DNA of 51,010 nt from an uncultured Candidatus Saccharibacteria bacterium (GTDB lineage Bacteria; Patescibacteriota; Minisyncoccia; Phycocordibacterales; Zambryskibacteraceae), in contig CAZRVE010000003.1 in assembly GCA_964603485.1 (NCBI GenBank), positions 1-51,010 on the forward strand. The letters are read 5' to 3'. Made by a program: the position numbers and the translations under genes. Shown here one piece after another: positions 10,476 through 21,491 of the stretch (position 1 is the stretch's first letter; each line of letters starts with the position of its first letter). A model generated the notes under the pieces. That model was not told where the DNA came from. It saw only the letters and a program-made list of their open reading frames with translations, and did no database searches.

Positions 10476-10835
10476 ATGAAAAAACAAACAAAAAATACAA
10501 AAAACACAAAATCTTCAAAAGCACCAATAGTTTTGGGTGCAGTAGCTCTCGCGTCTCTTGCAGGAGCATATTTTCTTTACGGAAGTAAGGATGCAGTAAA
10601 GAACCGTAAACAAGTTAAGGGTTGGGTGGTAAAAGCAAAAGGTGAGGTTATTGAAAAGCTTGAGAAGGCAAAAACAGAGAGTGAAGAAGAGTATAATCAG
10701 GTCGTTGATGCGGTTCTTCGAAAGTACAAGGCGATAAAGTCAATCGATACAACCGAAGTAGATTCTCTTGGCAACGATTTGAAGAAGCATTGGAAAGCAT
10801 TCCAGAAAGAAATAAAAAAAGTTAAGAAATCATAA
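10476..10835 (+). CDS. Hypothetical membrane-anchored basic helical protein (YtxH-like architecture)
   Basis: LGAVALASLAGAYFLYGSK anchor followed by a Lys/Glu-rich helix; starts 2 nt after the previous stop. Confidence 0.7.
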   Translation: MKKQTKNTKNTKSSKAPIVLGAVALASLAGAYFLYGSKDAVKNRKQVKGWVVKAKGEVIEKLEKAKTESEEEYNQVVDAVLRKYKAIKSIDTTEVDSLGNDLKKHWKAFQKEIKKVKKS

Positions 10836-10840
10836 TTATT

Positions 10841-11017
10841 ATGAATCCGAACCATTACGTATGTGAGGGAGAATGTAAGTCTGTGAGCGAAACTCCGGGA
10901 GTGTGCCAAGCAGATTTTTGCAATAAGAAAGGTGAAGAGCTTGCGATTTGTGGTTGCGAAGATGGTACTCATGCAAAAGGTGAGCCACATGGAGCTCAGG
11001 GGGAGGTGAGTTCGTAG
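10841..11017 (+). CDS. 58 aa Cys/His-rich small protein (putative metal-binding), absent from the ORF track
   Basis: Hand translation: MNPNHYVCEGECKSVSETPGVCQADFCNKKGEELAICGCEDGTHAKGEPHGAQGEVSS*. It fills the gap between 10835 and the convergent MFS stop at 11021. Confidence 0.7.
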   Translation: MNPNHYVCEGECKSVSETPGVCQADFCNKKGEELAICGCEDGTHAKGEPHGAQGEVSS

Positions 11018-11020
11018 TTC

Positions 11021-12199
11021 TTACCGAGTATCCGTTATCTCGAAGGCAAAGAGTGCCCCAGAGGCTGTTACGATTGAAAGGACCCAAAACGCTTGCCCAA
11101 GATCCATAAAAGAAAGGGCAAGGATCGCAATCATCGGAGCGAAAAGATAGGAAATAGGGCGAGTCACCCGAAAAATGCTGATAAGATCAGCATTTTTTCC
11201 TTTTGTGTGTTTAAAGAAATAACTTTCGGTAGTTATCTCAGCAATACTTGCCCCAACTCTACTTAAGAAAAGAAGAACGGCCCAAGTCCAAAACGAAGCA
11301 GTTGTGGGAATGAGGAAGCACGCAGTCACGATTGCCATGATAGAAAAACCTGAAATCATAAGTTCTTTTTCTCCAAGTTTTTTGTCCGCGAGCCATCCAA
11401 CAGGAACTTCAAATAGGAGAAAAGGAAGGAGCATGATGGTAAATAACATTCCTATTTCTGCCCAGGTGAACCCAATGATTTGAGTGAGATAGAGGGGGAG
11501 ATAAATAACCATCCAGGCGTAAAAGAATTGCAGGATAAAGTGAGCAAGAATCCCGTATCGCAGGTCGCGCTTTTTCCAGGTGTCCTTAAGTGTCTCCGCG
11601 ATATCTATCTGCTTTGGAGCAGTGGTGTGAATTTTTCTGAGATGAGTAAAAGATATTAAGAGAAGGGGGAAGAGGAAGAATAGAGAAAGAGCGTATACGT
11701 GTTGAAGAGGGAATCTTTGAGAGATGAGTCCGACAATACTCGGGGCAATTACGAGCATTAAGCTTGCAATGGTGATGTAGAGCCCTCGAAGTTCCCCGGT
11801 TTCTTTCTCATCCTTGGAAGTTGTTTCAAATAGCACATCAAGAGAAAAGGTCAGCATCGGAACGCTCGCTTGATGTACAAGGAAAAAGAGTACAGTTCCT
11901 ATCTTGGAATCATAGAAGGCAAGTCCAATAATTGCGATGCATTCGAGTAAAAAAATTCCTAGAAAGTAATGAAATACTCCATGTCTACGAAGAAGTTTTG
12001 GGGTAATTAGGAATAAGATGACGCTAATGAGCGCTCCCAGGATAAAGAAAAAGCCCACTTGCTGGTCGCTAAAAAAGCGTCCAAGTGTAGTGGAGTTGAT
12101 ATAGATAACAAGATAGAAGTGGGCCGCAATGAGGATATTTGCGCCATACACAGCAACCAAGGATGTATTTCTTTTTATGTGAGATATAACGCTTCCCAT
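11021..12199 (-). CDS. MFS transporter
   Basis: 392 aa with about 12 hydrophobic segments; MFS motif A-like GWLADKKLGEK. Confidence 0.85.
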   Translation of the reverse strand: MGSVISHIKRNTSLVAVYGANILIAAHFYLVIYINSTTLGRFFSDQQVGFFFILGALISVILFLITPKLLRRHGVFHYFLGIFLLECIAIIGLAFYDSKIGTVLFFLVHQASVPMLTFSLDVLFETTSKDEKETGELRGLYITIASLMLVIAPSIVGLISQRFPLQHVYALSLFFLFPLLLISFTHLRKIHTTAPKQIDIAETLKDTWKKRDLRYGILAHFILQFFYAWMVIYLPLYLTQIIGFTWAEIGMLFTIMLLPFLLFEVPVGWLADKKLGEKELMISGFSIMAIVTACFLIPTTASFWTWAVLLFLSRVGASIAEITTESYFFKHTKGKNADLISIFRVTRPISYLFAPMIAILALSFMDLGQAFWVLSIVTASGALFAFEITDTR

Positions 12200-12229
12200 T
12201 CCTGCGAAGCATTATATCAGACGAATTCT

Positions 12230-14110
12230 CTAGACCCCGAGGATAACTGGGATAACGATAGGACGCTTCGCTGTTTTTTGGAACAAGAATTTCTCAACAG
12301 TATCTGTGACAGATCCCTTTACGTAATCAAAGTTGATCGGGTTCATGCCGGCGGAACTTTTCTCAATTGTTCTCTTAATAAGGATACGAGTTTGCTGGAG
12401 TAGATCTTGCGATTCTCGCAGATATACGAATCCTCGAGAAATAATATCTGGAGACTTCCTTAGTTTTCCAGTTTTTACATTGATTGAAGCAATGATCACA
12501 AACATTCCGTCTTCGGCAAGCATTTTTCGATCTCGAATAACCACTTCTTGAGCGTTTCCAATTGCAAAACCATCAACTAATACCAAACTGTCGGGAGCCT
12601 TTTCTTTAAGGATTACAATCTTCTCTCCTTTATCTTGTATTTCAATGATAGAGCCATTATCCGGAACAACGACGCGGTCTCTCTCAATTCCACGCGAATA
12701 GGCGAGGTCTGCGTGCTGACGGAGCATATAGTGATTTCCGTGCACAGGCATAAAGAACTTGTAGTCAATCTGGTCATGAATCCATCTGAGCTCATCACGA
12801 TTTCCGTGACCACTAGCATGGATGTCTGAGTCAAGGTAGGTGATAACCTTAGCCTCTGTACGGTAGAGGTTGTCTTTAAGCTTTACGATTGATTTGTAGT
12901 TTGTCGGGATGATTGATGACGACAGAAGTACGGTGTCAGTCTTCTTAAGCTTTACGTATTTATGAGTCTTATTTGCGATTCGCATAAGGGCAGCAAATTC
13001 TTCTCCCTGAGCTCCTGTAACAAGCATTACAATTCTATCTGGTGGGTAGTCTTCAATTTGCTCCACTGGAACGACGTGTTTGGTATCAACAAGTTTTAAG
13101 TGCTTGATGATTTCAAGGTTGGTTTTCATACTTCTTCCTTCAACCACAACCTTCTTTCCATACTTGGCCGCACTCTCGATGATTGCAATGATTCTTTCTA
13201 CCTGAGAAGCAAATGTTCCAATGATTAACCGTCCGCTGGTGCCTTTAATAAAAGCGTCGATGTTTTCCGTTACCACATTTTCTGATAGAGAAAATCCCGG
13301 CTTCTCAATACTTGTTGAGTCCATGGTAAGCAGGAGAACTTTCCTGTCTTTAAAGCGTTTGTATTGTTCAACTTCTTCATCAGTCGGAACACCTTTGATG
13401 TTATCGACACGTACGTCTTCAATGAAGACGATATCTCCATAAGGAGTTTGAATCACAAGACCCATTGAATCAGGAATTGTATGAGAGATTGGGAAAGTTT
13501 TTATTTTGAATCCTCCGCAAGATATAGTCTCTTCTCCGTCAATGATTCGGATATCAAGAGGCTTTAAGTGCGGAAATTCCTCTTGGCGCTTTTGAATCAT
13601 GATTGCACCAAATTGTCGTGTGTAGACTGGAGGGTAGCCGATTCGGTCAATGATATAAGGAATACCACCGATGTGATCGAGGTGTCCGTGGGTAATGAAG
13701 AGCGCGCGGATTTTTCCTTGATGTTCTTCAAGGTATTTTGTGTTTGGAAGAATGTAGTCTATGCCTGGAGTTTCTTCATCTTTAAATTGGAATCCAGCAT
13801 CAACGATAATGATGTCATCGCCGAATTCAATAGCGGTCATGTTTCTTCCAACCTCTTCCACCCCTCCGAGAGGGATTATGCGGATACTATCTCCGATAGG
13901 GGGGATTTTTGACGAATCCTGCGTCTTTGGGAGTGGGCGAGGGGAAGTTGGCCGTCGGAAGCTTGTGCGTGGTCGTTTTGCAAAATTTCCTCCGCCTCCA
14001 CTTCGACGTCTTTCTCCTCCATTATGGCGAGGGCCGTGATTGGCAGGGTAACGTGCAGGACTAGCGGGTGCGTCTGTCTTTGGAGTTGAATTGTGAGTCT
14101 CTTCGTTCAT
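12230..14110 (-). CDS. rnj: Ribonuclease J
   Basis: IIPLGGVEEVGRNM, THGHLDHIGG metallo-beta-lactamase motif, HASGHG, PVHG, PDIISRGFVY, RPIVIPVI. Confidence 0.95.
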   Translation of the reverse strand: MNEETHNSTPKTDAPASPARYPANHGPRHNGGERRRSGGGGNFAKRPRTSFRRPTSPRPLPKTQDSSKIPPIGDSIRIIPLGGVEEVGRNMTAIEFGDDIIIVDAGFQFKDEETPGIDYILPNTKYLEEHQGKIRALFITHGHLDHIGGIPYIIDRIGYPPVYTRQFGAIMIQKRQEEFPHLKPLDIRIIDGEETISCGGFKIKTFPISHTIPDSMGLVIQTPYGDIVFIEDVRVDNIKGVPTDEEVEQYKRFKDRKVLLLTMDSTSIEKPGFSLSENVVTENIDAFIKGTSGRLIIGTFASQVERIIAIIESAAKYGKKVVVEGRSMKTNLEIIKHLKLVDTKHVVPVEQIEDYPPDRIVMLVTGAQGEEFAALMRIANKTHKYVKLKKTDTVLLSSSIIPTNYKSIVKLKDNLYRTEAKVITYLDSDIHASGHGNRDELRWIHDQIDYKFFMPVHGNHYMLRQHADLAYSRGIERDRVVVPDNGSIIEIQDKGEKIVILKEKAPDSLVLVDGFAIGNAQEVVIRDRKMLAEDGMFVIIASINVKTGKLRKSPDIISRGFVYLRESQDLLQQTRILIKRTIEKSSAGMNPINFDYVKGSVTDTVEKFLFQKTAKRPIVIPVILGV

Positions 14111-14118
14111 GATAAGTA

Positions 14119-15852
14119 TTACTTGTTTCGATTAAATATTTTCCACACTTTACTTGTTTCTATGTACCATTCGTGGACATTCAGAAAGCGTTCGCCTGGT
14201 ATTGTGAGTTGTCCTAAAGAAAGCTTCTCTACTTTTTGAGGAATCACATACAGAAAGCTTGGTGAGTAAAGGAAAATGGATGGTGTTTCTTCTTTGATAA
14301 TGCTTTCAAACTCTTTGTACTTCTCCATCTGGATCTTACGGTCAGTGGTGGAGCGTGCTTCTTCTAAGAGTTTGTCGACGGAGTTATTTACATAAAGCGC
14401 GATGTTGAGTCCGGGATCGTTTCTTTGTGATGAATGCCAGAATGGGTAGAGGTCAAGGTCGCGTCCTACAATTTCTCCGAAGAGGAGCGCATTGTACGTA
14501 CGAGGGCGAATTACATTTTGGTTTAGGTCTCCCGTCTCGTAAATCTCTACCTCAATATCTGCCCCGAGCGCTTCCCACGTTTCTTGAATCATCGCTGCAG
14601 CACGCTTGAGCTCGAGAGCATCTCCGGTTGCGAGAGAAAACTGCAGTGTGAGTGTGCCTGATTTTGTTTTCTTTTCAAATATTCCTGTCTCTGAATTTTT
14701 CTGCCATCCTGCATCTTCGAGTATCTTTTGTGCCCCTTTGATTCGATCCTCCGCTGAGGTTGTCGTACCTTCTTGGGCGGTGTATGCCTTTGGGGGAATA
14801 GGGCCATTAATTGGAGTTCCATATCCTGACAAGATATCTAATACAAGAGCTTCTTTGTCGATACTATAATCAAGTGCCTCGCGAACTTCTTTGTTGGTAA
14901 AAATTGAAGCTTCGTTTTGGTTAAGAAAAACTCCGAACACTCTTGGGAGAATCGCTTTCTCTACCTCTGTTCCACGGGATTCAAATTCCTTAATGATGTT
15001 TGCAGATAATCCGCTCGTGCTCTCAATGTCTCCTTGCTCAAGAGCTTGTGCGAGTTCATTTTCGTTTCCATAGAAGCGAATACGCAATGTGGAAATGTAG
15101 GGTGCGCCAAGCATGTAGTCGTTGAATGATTTAAGTACATATTCGTTTGGTATGCCAGCTGAATCTCTTCCCACACTTTTCACACGATAAGGTCCAGAAC
15201 CAATTGCAAGAATGTTGTATTCGCTAAAAGAAAATTCGTCTGTTGTTGCATTCTTCCAAATAGAGCGGGGAAGGATGCCAAGCGTCGTGTTTTCAATAAA
15301 AGGAGCATAAGGTTGTTTCAAAGTGAAACGGATTTCTTGTTCGCTTACTTTTTCAATAAGCACTCCGTCCCAGTTGGCTCTTCGGGGACTCTTGAGTGTT
15401 GGGTCTTGAGCTTTGAGAATAGTGAATTCAACATCATCAGTTGTTACTCGAGTTCCATTGTGGAACGTCGCATCTGGTCTCAAGAAAAATGTATATGTTT
15501 TCCCATCCTCACTTATTTCAAATCGTTCCGCGAGATCTCCCACGAGGGCTCCATCTGGGGTTGCCTTGAGAAGCCCGGAGTAGACGAGTGCAGTGATGTC
15601 TTTGTCAGCATCACTTATTGCAAGAAGCGGGTTCACAAAGCGAGGAGATCCGATCGTTCCCTCTACGAGCTCTCCTCCTGCAACTGGAACAGAAACAAGA
15701 AAACTCTCATTTACTTTAAGGAGCATGAAAAAAGCACTTAGCGCAAAAATCGTTCCAAAGGTGAGGAAGATAACTCGTTCTGTGAGAGAAAAGGAACGAG
15801 TGGCTTTTTTGAGTGCATCTGCATGAGGCAGATTAAATTGTTTTCTGAACAT
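14119..15852 (-). CDS. ABC transporter substrate-binding protein, family 5 (peptide/nickel type), membrane-anchored
   Basis: LVYSGLLK, GDLAERFEISEDGKTYTFFLRPDATFHNG..VTTDDVEFT, IGSGPY, VREALDYSIDK. Confidence 0.9.
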   Translation of the reverse strand: MFRKQFNLPHADALKKATRSFSLTERVIFLTFGTIFALSAFFMLLKVNESFLVSVPVAGGELVEGTIGSPRFVNPLLAISDADKDITALVYSGLLKATPDGALVGDLAERFEISEDGKTYTFFLRPDATFHNGTRVTTDDVEFTILKAQDPTLKSPRRANWDGVLIEKVSEQEIRFTLKQPYAPFIENTTLGILPRSIWKNATTDEFSFSEYNILAIGSGPYRVKSVGRDSAGIPNEYVLKSFNDYMLGAPYISTLRIRFYGNENELAQALEQGDIESTSGLSANIIKEFESRGTEVEKAILPRVFGVFLNQNEASIFTNKEVREALDYSIDKEALVLDILSGYGTPINGPIPPKAYTAQEGTTTSAEDRIKGAQKILEDAGWQKNSETGIFEKKTKSGTLTLQFSLATGDALELKRAAAMIQETWEALGADIEVEIYETGDLNQNVIRPRTYNALLFGEIVGRDLDLYPFWHSSQRNDPGLNIALYVNNSVDKLLEEARSTTDRKIQMEKYKEFESIIKEETPSIFLYSPSFLYVIPQKVEKLSLGQLTIPGERFLNVHEWYIETSKVWKIFNRNK

Positions 15853-15943
15853 CTTATTAGAAATTCTTTTTAGAGAACGTTTCCGCGAGTATATCGTAGA
15901 TATATCTTTACAAAAGATAGAAGGGGATTAAACCGCCTTTCTA

Positions 15944-16177
15944 TTATGCAAGAATCAGAGCCGCAAGTGCAGACAGACCAAATAGAACGCCAACTACAAT
16001 AGTGAGGCGAAATATAGTTTTCTCAGCTCCACGTCGCTCAAAAGAAGCTCCGCCAAAGCCATCAGCGCCACCAAAGGCACCGCCGAGTCCTGCCTCAGAT
16101 CGTTGAATGAGAACACCAACGATGAGGAGAACCGAGAGAATGATCTGAATATACGGTAACACAACAGAAATACTCAT
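15944..16177 (-). CDS. secG: Preprotein translocase subunit SecG
   Basis: IQIILSVLLIVGVLIQRSEAGLGGAFGG...RRGAEKTIFRLTIV; likely start ATG 16177, 8 nt after a TATACT -10. Confidence 0.9.
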   Translation of the reverse strand: MSISVVLPYIQIILSVLLIVGVLIQRSEAGLGGAFGGADGFGGASFERRGAEKTIFRLTIVVGVLFGLSALAALILA

Positions 16178-16279
16178 TGATTCCAAGTATACCGATTGAC
16201 GTTCTTTTTGCAAGGTATTTATTAGAACCTTATTTTTGGCCATTTTTAAGCCCCTCATAAGGCAAACGGAGAGATATTA

Positions 16280-16308
16280 TTGACAAATTAATCTAATTGT
16301 GCTATTAT
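16280..16308 (+). promoter_or_regulatory. Sigma70-type promoter for the orphan gene at 16361
   Basis: TTGACA-17 nt-TATTAT with extended -10 TG. Confidence 0.75.
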
Positions 16309-16360
16309 TGTAGTAGAGCACGTTTACGTTTTACCACTATCAAATCCCTCAGGGGGACAT

Positions 16361-16999
16361 ATGGCCGCAATCATGGCAGTCTTCGCCGGTTTCATCAACA
16401 TCTTCAAGGGTATGGAGGACGTTCTTTCCTCCCTCGCGAAGGTTGGCTTCTCGGTTCCCGGAGGTCTCTTGCCTCGGATCGAGCTCATGCGCAAGGTCCG
16501 AACGGATCTCGGTGAGCCTGATTCACAGGGCCACTTCCAGAACCCATCTCGTGATCGCATCAACGATGCGACTCGCGAGGTAGGGTCGATCCTCGCCGTT
16601 CTCGGGAACAGCGAGAAGTACTTCTACCGTACGGAGATTGTCTCTCTCGGAGATCGCTGTGAAGCACTCTTCGAGGACGGGTCTGAGCTCAACACCAGGA
16701 TCCGTGCCCTTCGGTATCAGATCAACGTTTCTGCGAAGTACAAGATCGACCAGCTCCCGCTTCATGCGATGCGGAAGCGTTTCGCCGAGCATGTCGCGGA
16801 GTTGCGTGCACTCGAAGTCGCGCGTGCCGAGGCAGTAGCTCGACGCATCATGGCCGAGATCAAGCGGCCCGAACCCAAGGCTTCTCGTAGCAAGGGGAGT
16901 CGTTCGGCTGCCAAGCGTGAAGCTGATCGCCAGCTTCGAGCGGAAATGAAGGGAAAGACAAGTGGTGGTGGAAAGAACAAGAAGAAGCAGGCTGCCTAA
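16361..16999 (+). CDS. Hypothetical protein, GC-rich orphan with basic C-terminal tail
   Basis: 212 aa ORF with its own promoter, AGGGGG SD-like site and terminator; codon third positions mostly C/G, unlike neighbours. Confidence 0.7.
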   Translation: MAAIMAVFAGFINIFKGMEDVLSSLAKVGFSVPGGLLPRIELMRKVRTDLGEPDSQGHFQNPSRDRINDATREVGSILAVLGNSEKYFYRTEIVSLGDRCEALFEDGSELNTRIRALRYQINVSAKYKIDQLPLHAMRKRFAEHVAELRALEVARAEAVARRIMAEIKRPEPKASRSKGSRSAAKREADRQLRAEMKGKTSGGGKNKKKQAA

Positions 17000-17018
17000 C
17001 GGCTCCCTACTCACAAAC

Positions 17019-17046
17019 AAAGCCCCGGATATCTGTCCGGGGCTTT
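17019..17046 (+). terminator. Intrinsic terminator
   Basis: aaagccccgga-tatctg-tccggggcttt hairpin. Confidence 0.8.
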
Positions 17047-17057
17047 CTCATATATAA

Positions 17058-17085
17058 TTGACGTCCGTTTGGGCATTCTTATAAT
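17058..17085 (+). promoter_or_regulatory. Sigma70-type promoter of groES-groEL
   Basis: TTGACG-16 nt-TATAAT; no CIRCE element seen. Confidence 0.65.
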
Positions 17086-17120
17086 AGAAGCCGCATATTA
17101 TCAGTTTATACTTTTCCATT

Positions 17121-17441
17121 ATGAAAAAAACCAAAGCAAAAACTGGAAAGAGACCCATGATACAACCTCTTGCTGATCGAATTCTCATACAGGAAGAGGA
17201 CATTACACAATCGAAAACTGATTCTGGAATCTATATTCCTGAGACTGTAAAAGAGGATCGCGGTTCAAAACGCGGAAAGGTTATTGCGGTAGGCAGAGGC
17301 CGTTACGACGATGGAAAACTTATTCCTCTTGGGGTCTCTATCGGAGATACAGTTCTCTTTCAATGGGGAGATAAAATTCTTCTTGATGGGCAGGAGTACT
17401 ATCTTGTGCGAGAGCCTGAAGTGATTGCAATTATCAAGTAG
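17121..17441 (+). CDS. groES: Co-chaperonin GroES
   Basis: IQPLADRILI, SGIYIPET, GKVIAVGRG, GDTVLF; directly upstream of groEL. Confidence 0.95.
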   Translation: MKKTKAKTGKRPMIQPLADRILIQEEDITQSKTDSGIYIPETVKEDRGSKRGKVIAVGRGRYDDGKLIPLGVSIGDTVLFQWGDKILLDGQEYYLVREPEVIAIIK

Positions 17442-19091
<1,650 letters not shown>

Positions 19092-19134
19092 TGAAGGGGT
19101 TCGGTGTTCGTTCGGCGTAATAAATAGAAGATAC

Positions 19135-19178
19135 AAAAAATCCCCCGTTTCCTGACATGCGTCGGGAAACGGGGGATT
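19135..19178 (-). terminator. Strong hairpin terminator between convergent groEL and a small ORF
   Basis: aatcccccgtttcctgac-atgc-gtcgggaaacgggggatt; the A-tract at 19135-19140 gives a U-tail on the minus strand. Confidence 0.8.
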
Positions 19179-19181
19179 GTG

Positions 19182-19295
19182 CTAGGGAGCCATGGGCGAT
19201 CTTGAGCTCAAGGCTGCGATCACGAGCGTTGCGAGAATGATCCATACGATCACTTTGGCGACCGTCGGCTTGCCGACCCTCTCCTTCTCTTCCAT
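19182..19295 (-). CDS. 37 aa single-TM peptide, absent from the ORF track
   Basis: MEEKERVGKPTVAKVIVWIILATLVIAALSSRSPMAP*; AGGAG 5 nt upstream of the ATG; terminator immediately downstream. Confidence 0.6.
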   Translation of the reverse strand: MEEKERVGKPTVAKVIVWIILATLVIAALSSRSPMAP

Positions 19296-19399
19296 GGCTA
19301 CTCCTAGTGAAAGGCGTCCTTGATAGTATTAGCAAAGTCTTTAAAGACGGTCAAATGTGTGCTATAATGCTCGATTATAAGTCTCAGTAAAATTCTTTC

Positions 19400-19960
19400 A
19401 TGTCATTTCCACTTATTCTATTAATCATCCTCTTAGCAGCTCTGCTTTATGGGGTGTTTGCATACAACGGATTTGTTCGTTTGGTGAATCGAGCAAAAGA
19501 AGCATGGGCAGATATTGATGTTCAGCTCAAACGCCGATACGATCTCATCCCTAACTTGGTAAACACAGTAAAGGGATATGCTACTCATGAATCAAGCGCA
19601 TTTGAAAATGTTACCAAAGCACGAAGCGCTGCAATGGGAGCAACTACTCCTGAAGAAAAAGGCAAAGCTGAAAATATGCTTACAGGTGCTTTGAAATCAG
19701 TCTTTGCAATTGCAGAGGCATACCCAGATCTTAAAGCGAACCAGAACTTCCTCGAGCTTCAACGAGAGCTTTCTGACACAGAAAATAAGATTCAAGCAGC
19801 TCGTCGTTTCTACAACACTAATGTGCGAGACCTTAACATTGGTGTCGAATCTTTCCCAGGAAATATTATCGCGGGAATATTTAAGTTCCCAAAAATGGAA
19901 CTATTTGAGATTGGAGAAGCTGAGGCTGCTGCTCGGAACCCTGTAGAGGTTAAGTTTTAA
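19400..19960 (+). CDS. lemA: LemA family protein
   Basis: AWADIDVQLKRRYDLIPNLVNTVKGYA, EAYPDLKANQNFLELQ..L.DTENKIQAARRFYN. Confidence 0.95.
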   Translation: MSFPLILLIILLAALLYGVFAYNGFVRLVNRAKEAWADIDVQLKRRYDLIPNLVNTVKGYATHESSAFENVTKARSAAMGATTPEEKGKAENMLTGALKSVFAIAEAYPDLKANQNFLELQRELSDTENKIQAARRFYNTNVRDLNIGVESFPGNIIAGIFKFPKMELFEIGEAEAAARNPVEVKF

Positions 19961-19970
19961 TTTCTCTTGT

Positions 19971-20456
19971 ATGGAGATTCAAGATAAAGAACTCCACAGA
20001 ATTGCGATGACTGCGATTATCTACGATAAGGATCGTAGATATCTCATTACCAAGCGTGCGCCACACAAAAAGCATTTTGGAGGTAGATGGACCGTTCCTG
20101 GTGGCGGGCTTTCGGTTGATGACTACATAAATTTACCTCGTACTCATGAAGGGCAGAATCAGTGGTACTACTCTCTTACCAACGGATTGGTGCGTGAAGT
20201 AAAAGAAGAAGTTGGACTTAGTGTTGGTAAACCTGAATATCTTCTCGACCTCACCTTTATTAAGGGCGATAATGTCCCGGTCCTTGTTCTAAGTTACTTT
20301 GCTGAGTATTTAGGAGGTGAAGTTACCCTTGATGAAGATGCAACAGAATTTAAGTGGGTCTCTGTAGATGAAGTAAAAGACTATGATCTGATAGAAGGAA
20401 TAGATAAGGAAATAAAGATGGTTGACGATATTCTTAAAAAAAGAAATGCCAAATAA
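19971..20456 (+). CDS. NUDIX hydrolase
   Basis: WTVPGG...LVREVKEEVGL Nudix box, with an insertion. Confidence 0.85.
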   Translation: MEIQDKELHRIAMTAIIYDKDRRYLITKRAPHKKHFGGRWTVPGGGLSVDDYINLPRTHEGQNQWYYSLTNGLVREVKEEVGLSVGKPEYLLDLTFIKGDNVPVLVLSYFAEYLGGEVTLDEDATEFKWVSVDEVKDYDLIEGIDKEIKMVDDILKKRNAK

Positions 20457-21375
20457 TTTATACACGCATCAGGATTCAAATATTAGAAAGACATGGGTTT
20501 TTGTAACCGTCTTTTTTCTCCTAGTTATTGCTCTGGGCTGGTTCTTTTCTTATGTGTATGAAAATCCTGGAATCTTAGTGATTGCGGTTGTTTTCGCAAT
20601 CTTCATGAATGTGTTTTCATACTGGTTTTCAGACAAGATTGTGCTCAAAATGCACAAAGCGCATCCTGTAACTCGAGAAAGTTATTTCGATCTTTGGACA
20701 GTGACAGAAAATCTTTCTATTGCTGCGGGCCTTCCAATGCCAAAGCTCTACATTGTAGAAGATTCTGCTCCCAATGCATTTGCTACAGGAAGGAATAAAG
20801 AGCATGCCGTGGTTTGTGTTACTACAGGCCTTGTGCAACTTCTTGATCGCACCGAGCTTGAGGGGGTGATTGCTCACGAGCTTGCTCACATTGGAAACAG
20901 AGACATGCTCCTCTCTACCATTGTTGTGGTGATGGCGGGTTTTGTAACTCTTCTTTCGGATTTCTTTCTACGAAGTGCACGTTGGGGTGGGGGAAGAGAC
21001 AACAACGGACGAGGAGGTCAGATTCAAGGGATTCTTTTTCTTGCAGGAATAGTTCTTGCAATTCTTGCTCCAATTATTGCAACGCTCATTCAGCTCGCAA
21101 TTTCTCGTAAACGAGAGTTTCTTGCGGATGCATCAGGCGCACTTCTCACTCGCTATCCTGAAGGACTTGCAAATGCGCTCAAAAAAATAAATGGGAGCGG
21201 GGTACATATGAAAACAGCAAATCATGCGACCGCACATCTCTTTATCTCAAACCCTTTTGGCCCAGATGGAAAGGGGGCTTCGTTCATGCAAAAGATTTTC
21301 ATGACTCACCCTCCAGTAGAAGAGAGAGTAAGCGCTTTGCTTGGGAGCACAAAAACCGATACTATTTCGAGGTAA
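20446..21375 (+). CDS. htpX: Membrane zinc protease HtpX (peptidase M48)
   Basis: PNAFATGRN, ELEGVIAHELAH (HEXXH), ISRKREFLADA, THPPVEER; likely start ATG 20446. Confidence 0.93.
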   Translation: MPNNLYTHQDSNIRKTWVFVTVFFLLVIALGWFFSYVYENPGILVIAVVFAIFMNVFSYWFSDKIVLKMHKAHPVTRESYFDLWTVTENLSIAAGLPMPKLYIVEDSAPNAFATGRNKEHAVVCVTTGLVQLLDRTELEGVIAHELAHIGNRDMLLSTIVVVMAGFVTLLSDFFLRSARWGGGRDNNGRGGQIQGILFLAGIVLAILAPIIATLIQLAISRKREFLADASGALLTRYPEGLANALKKINGSGVHMKTANHATAHLFISNPFGPDGKGASFMQKIFMTHPPVEERVSALLGSTKTDTISR

Positions 21376-21395
21376 TTCTGGAGGATTCGCATAGT

Positions 21396-21415
21396 CCTGC
21401 CCGCCGGCAGGCAGG
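21396..21415. repeat. 20-bp REP-like palindrome inserted in the D-loop of the outer tRNA
   Basis: CCTGCCCGCCGGCAGGCAGG, one mismatch from the copy at 21630. Confidence 0.85.
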
Positions 21416-21491
21416 GGTCTAGTGTGCTAGATTGTTCCCAATCTGTTCAAGAGCGAAGCGATTGACTACAGATTGCAATCCCGCACAGAGC

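Noticed and set aside
17047-17120. CIRCE/HrcA operator before groES
   Set aside because: No TTAGCACTC-N9-GAGTGCTAA match; only a sigma70-type promoter is visible.
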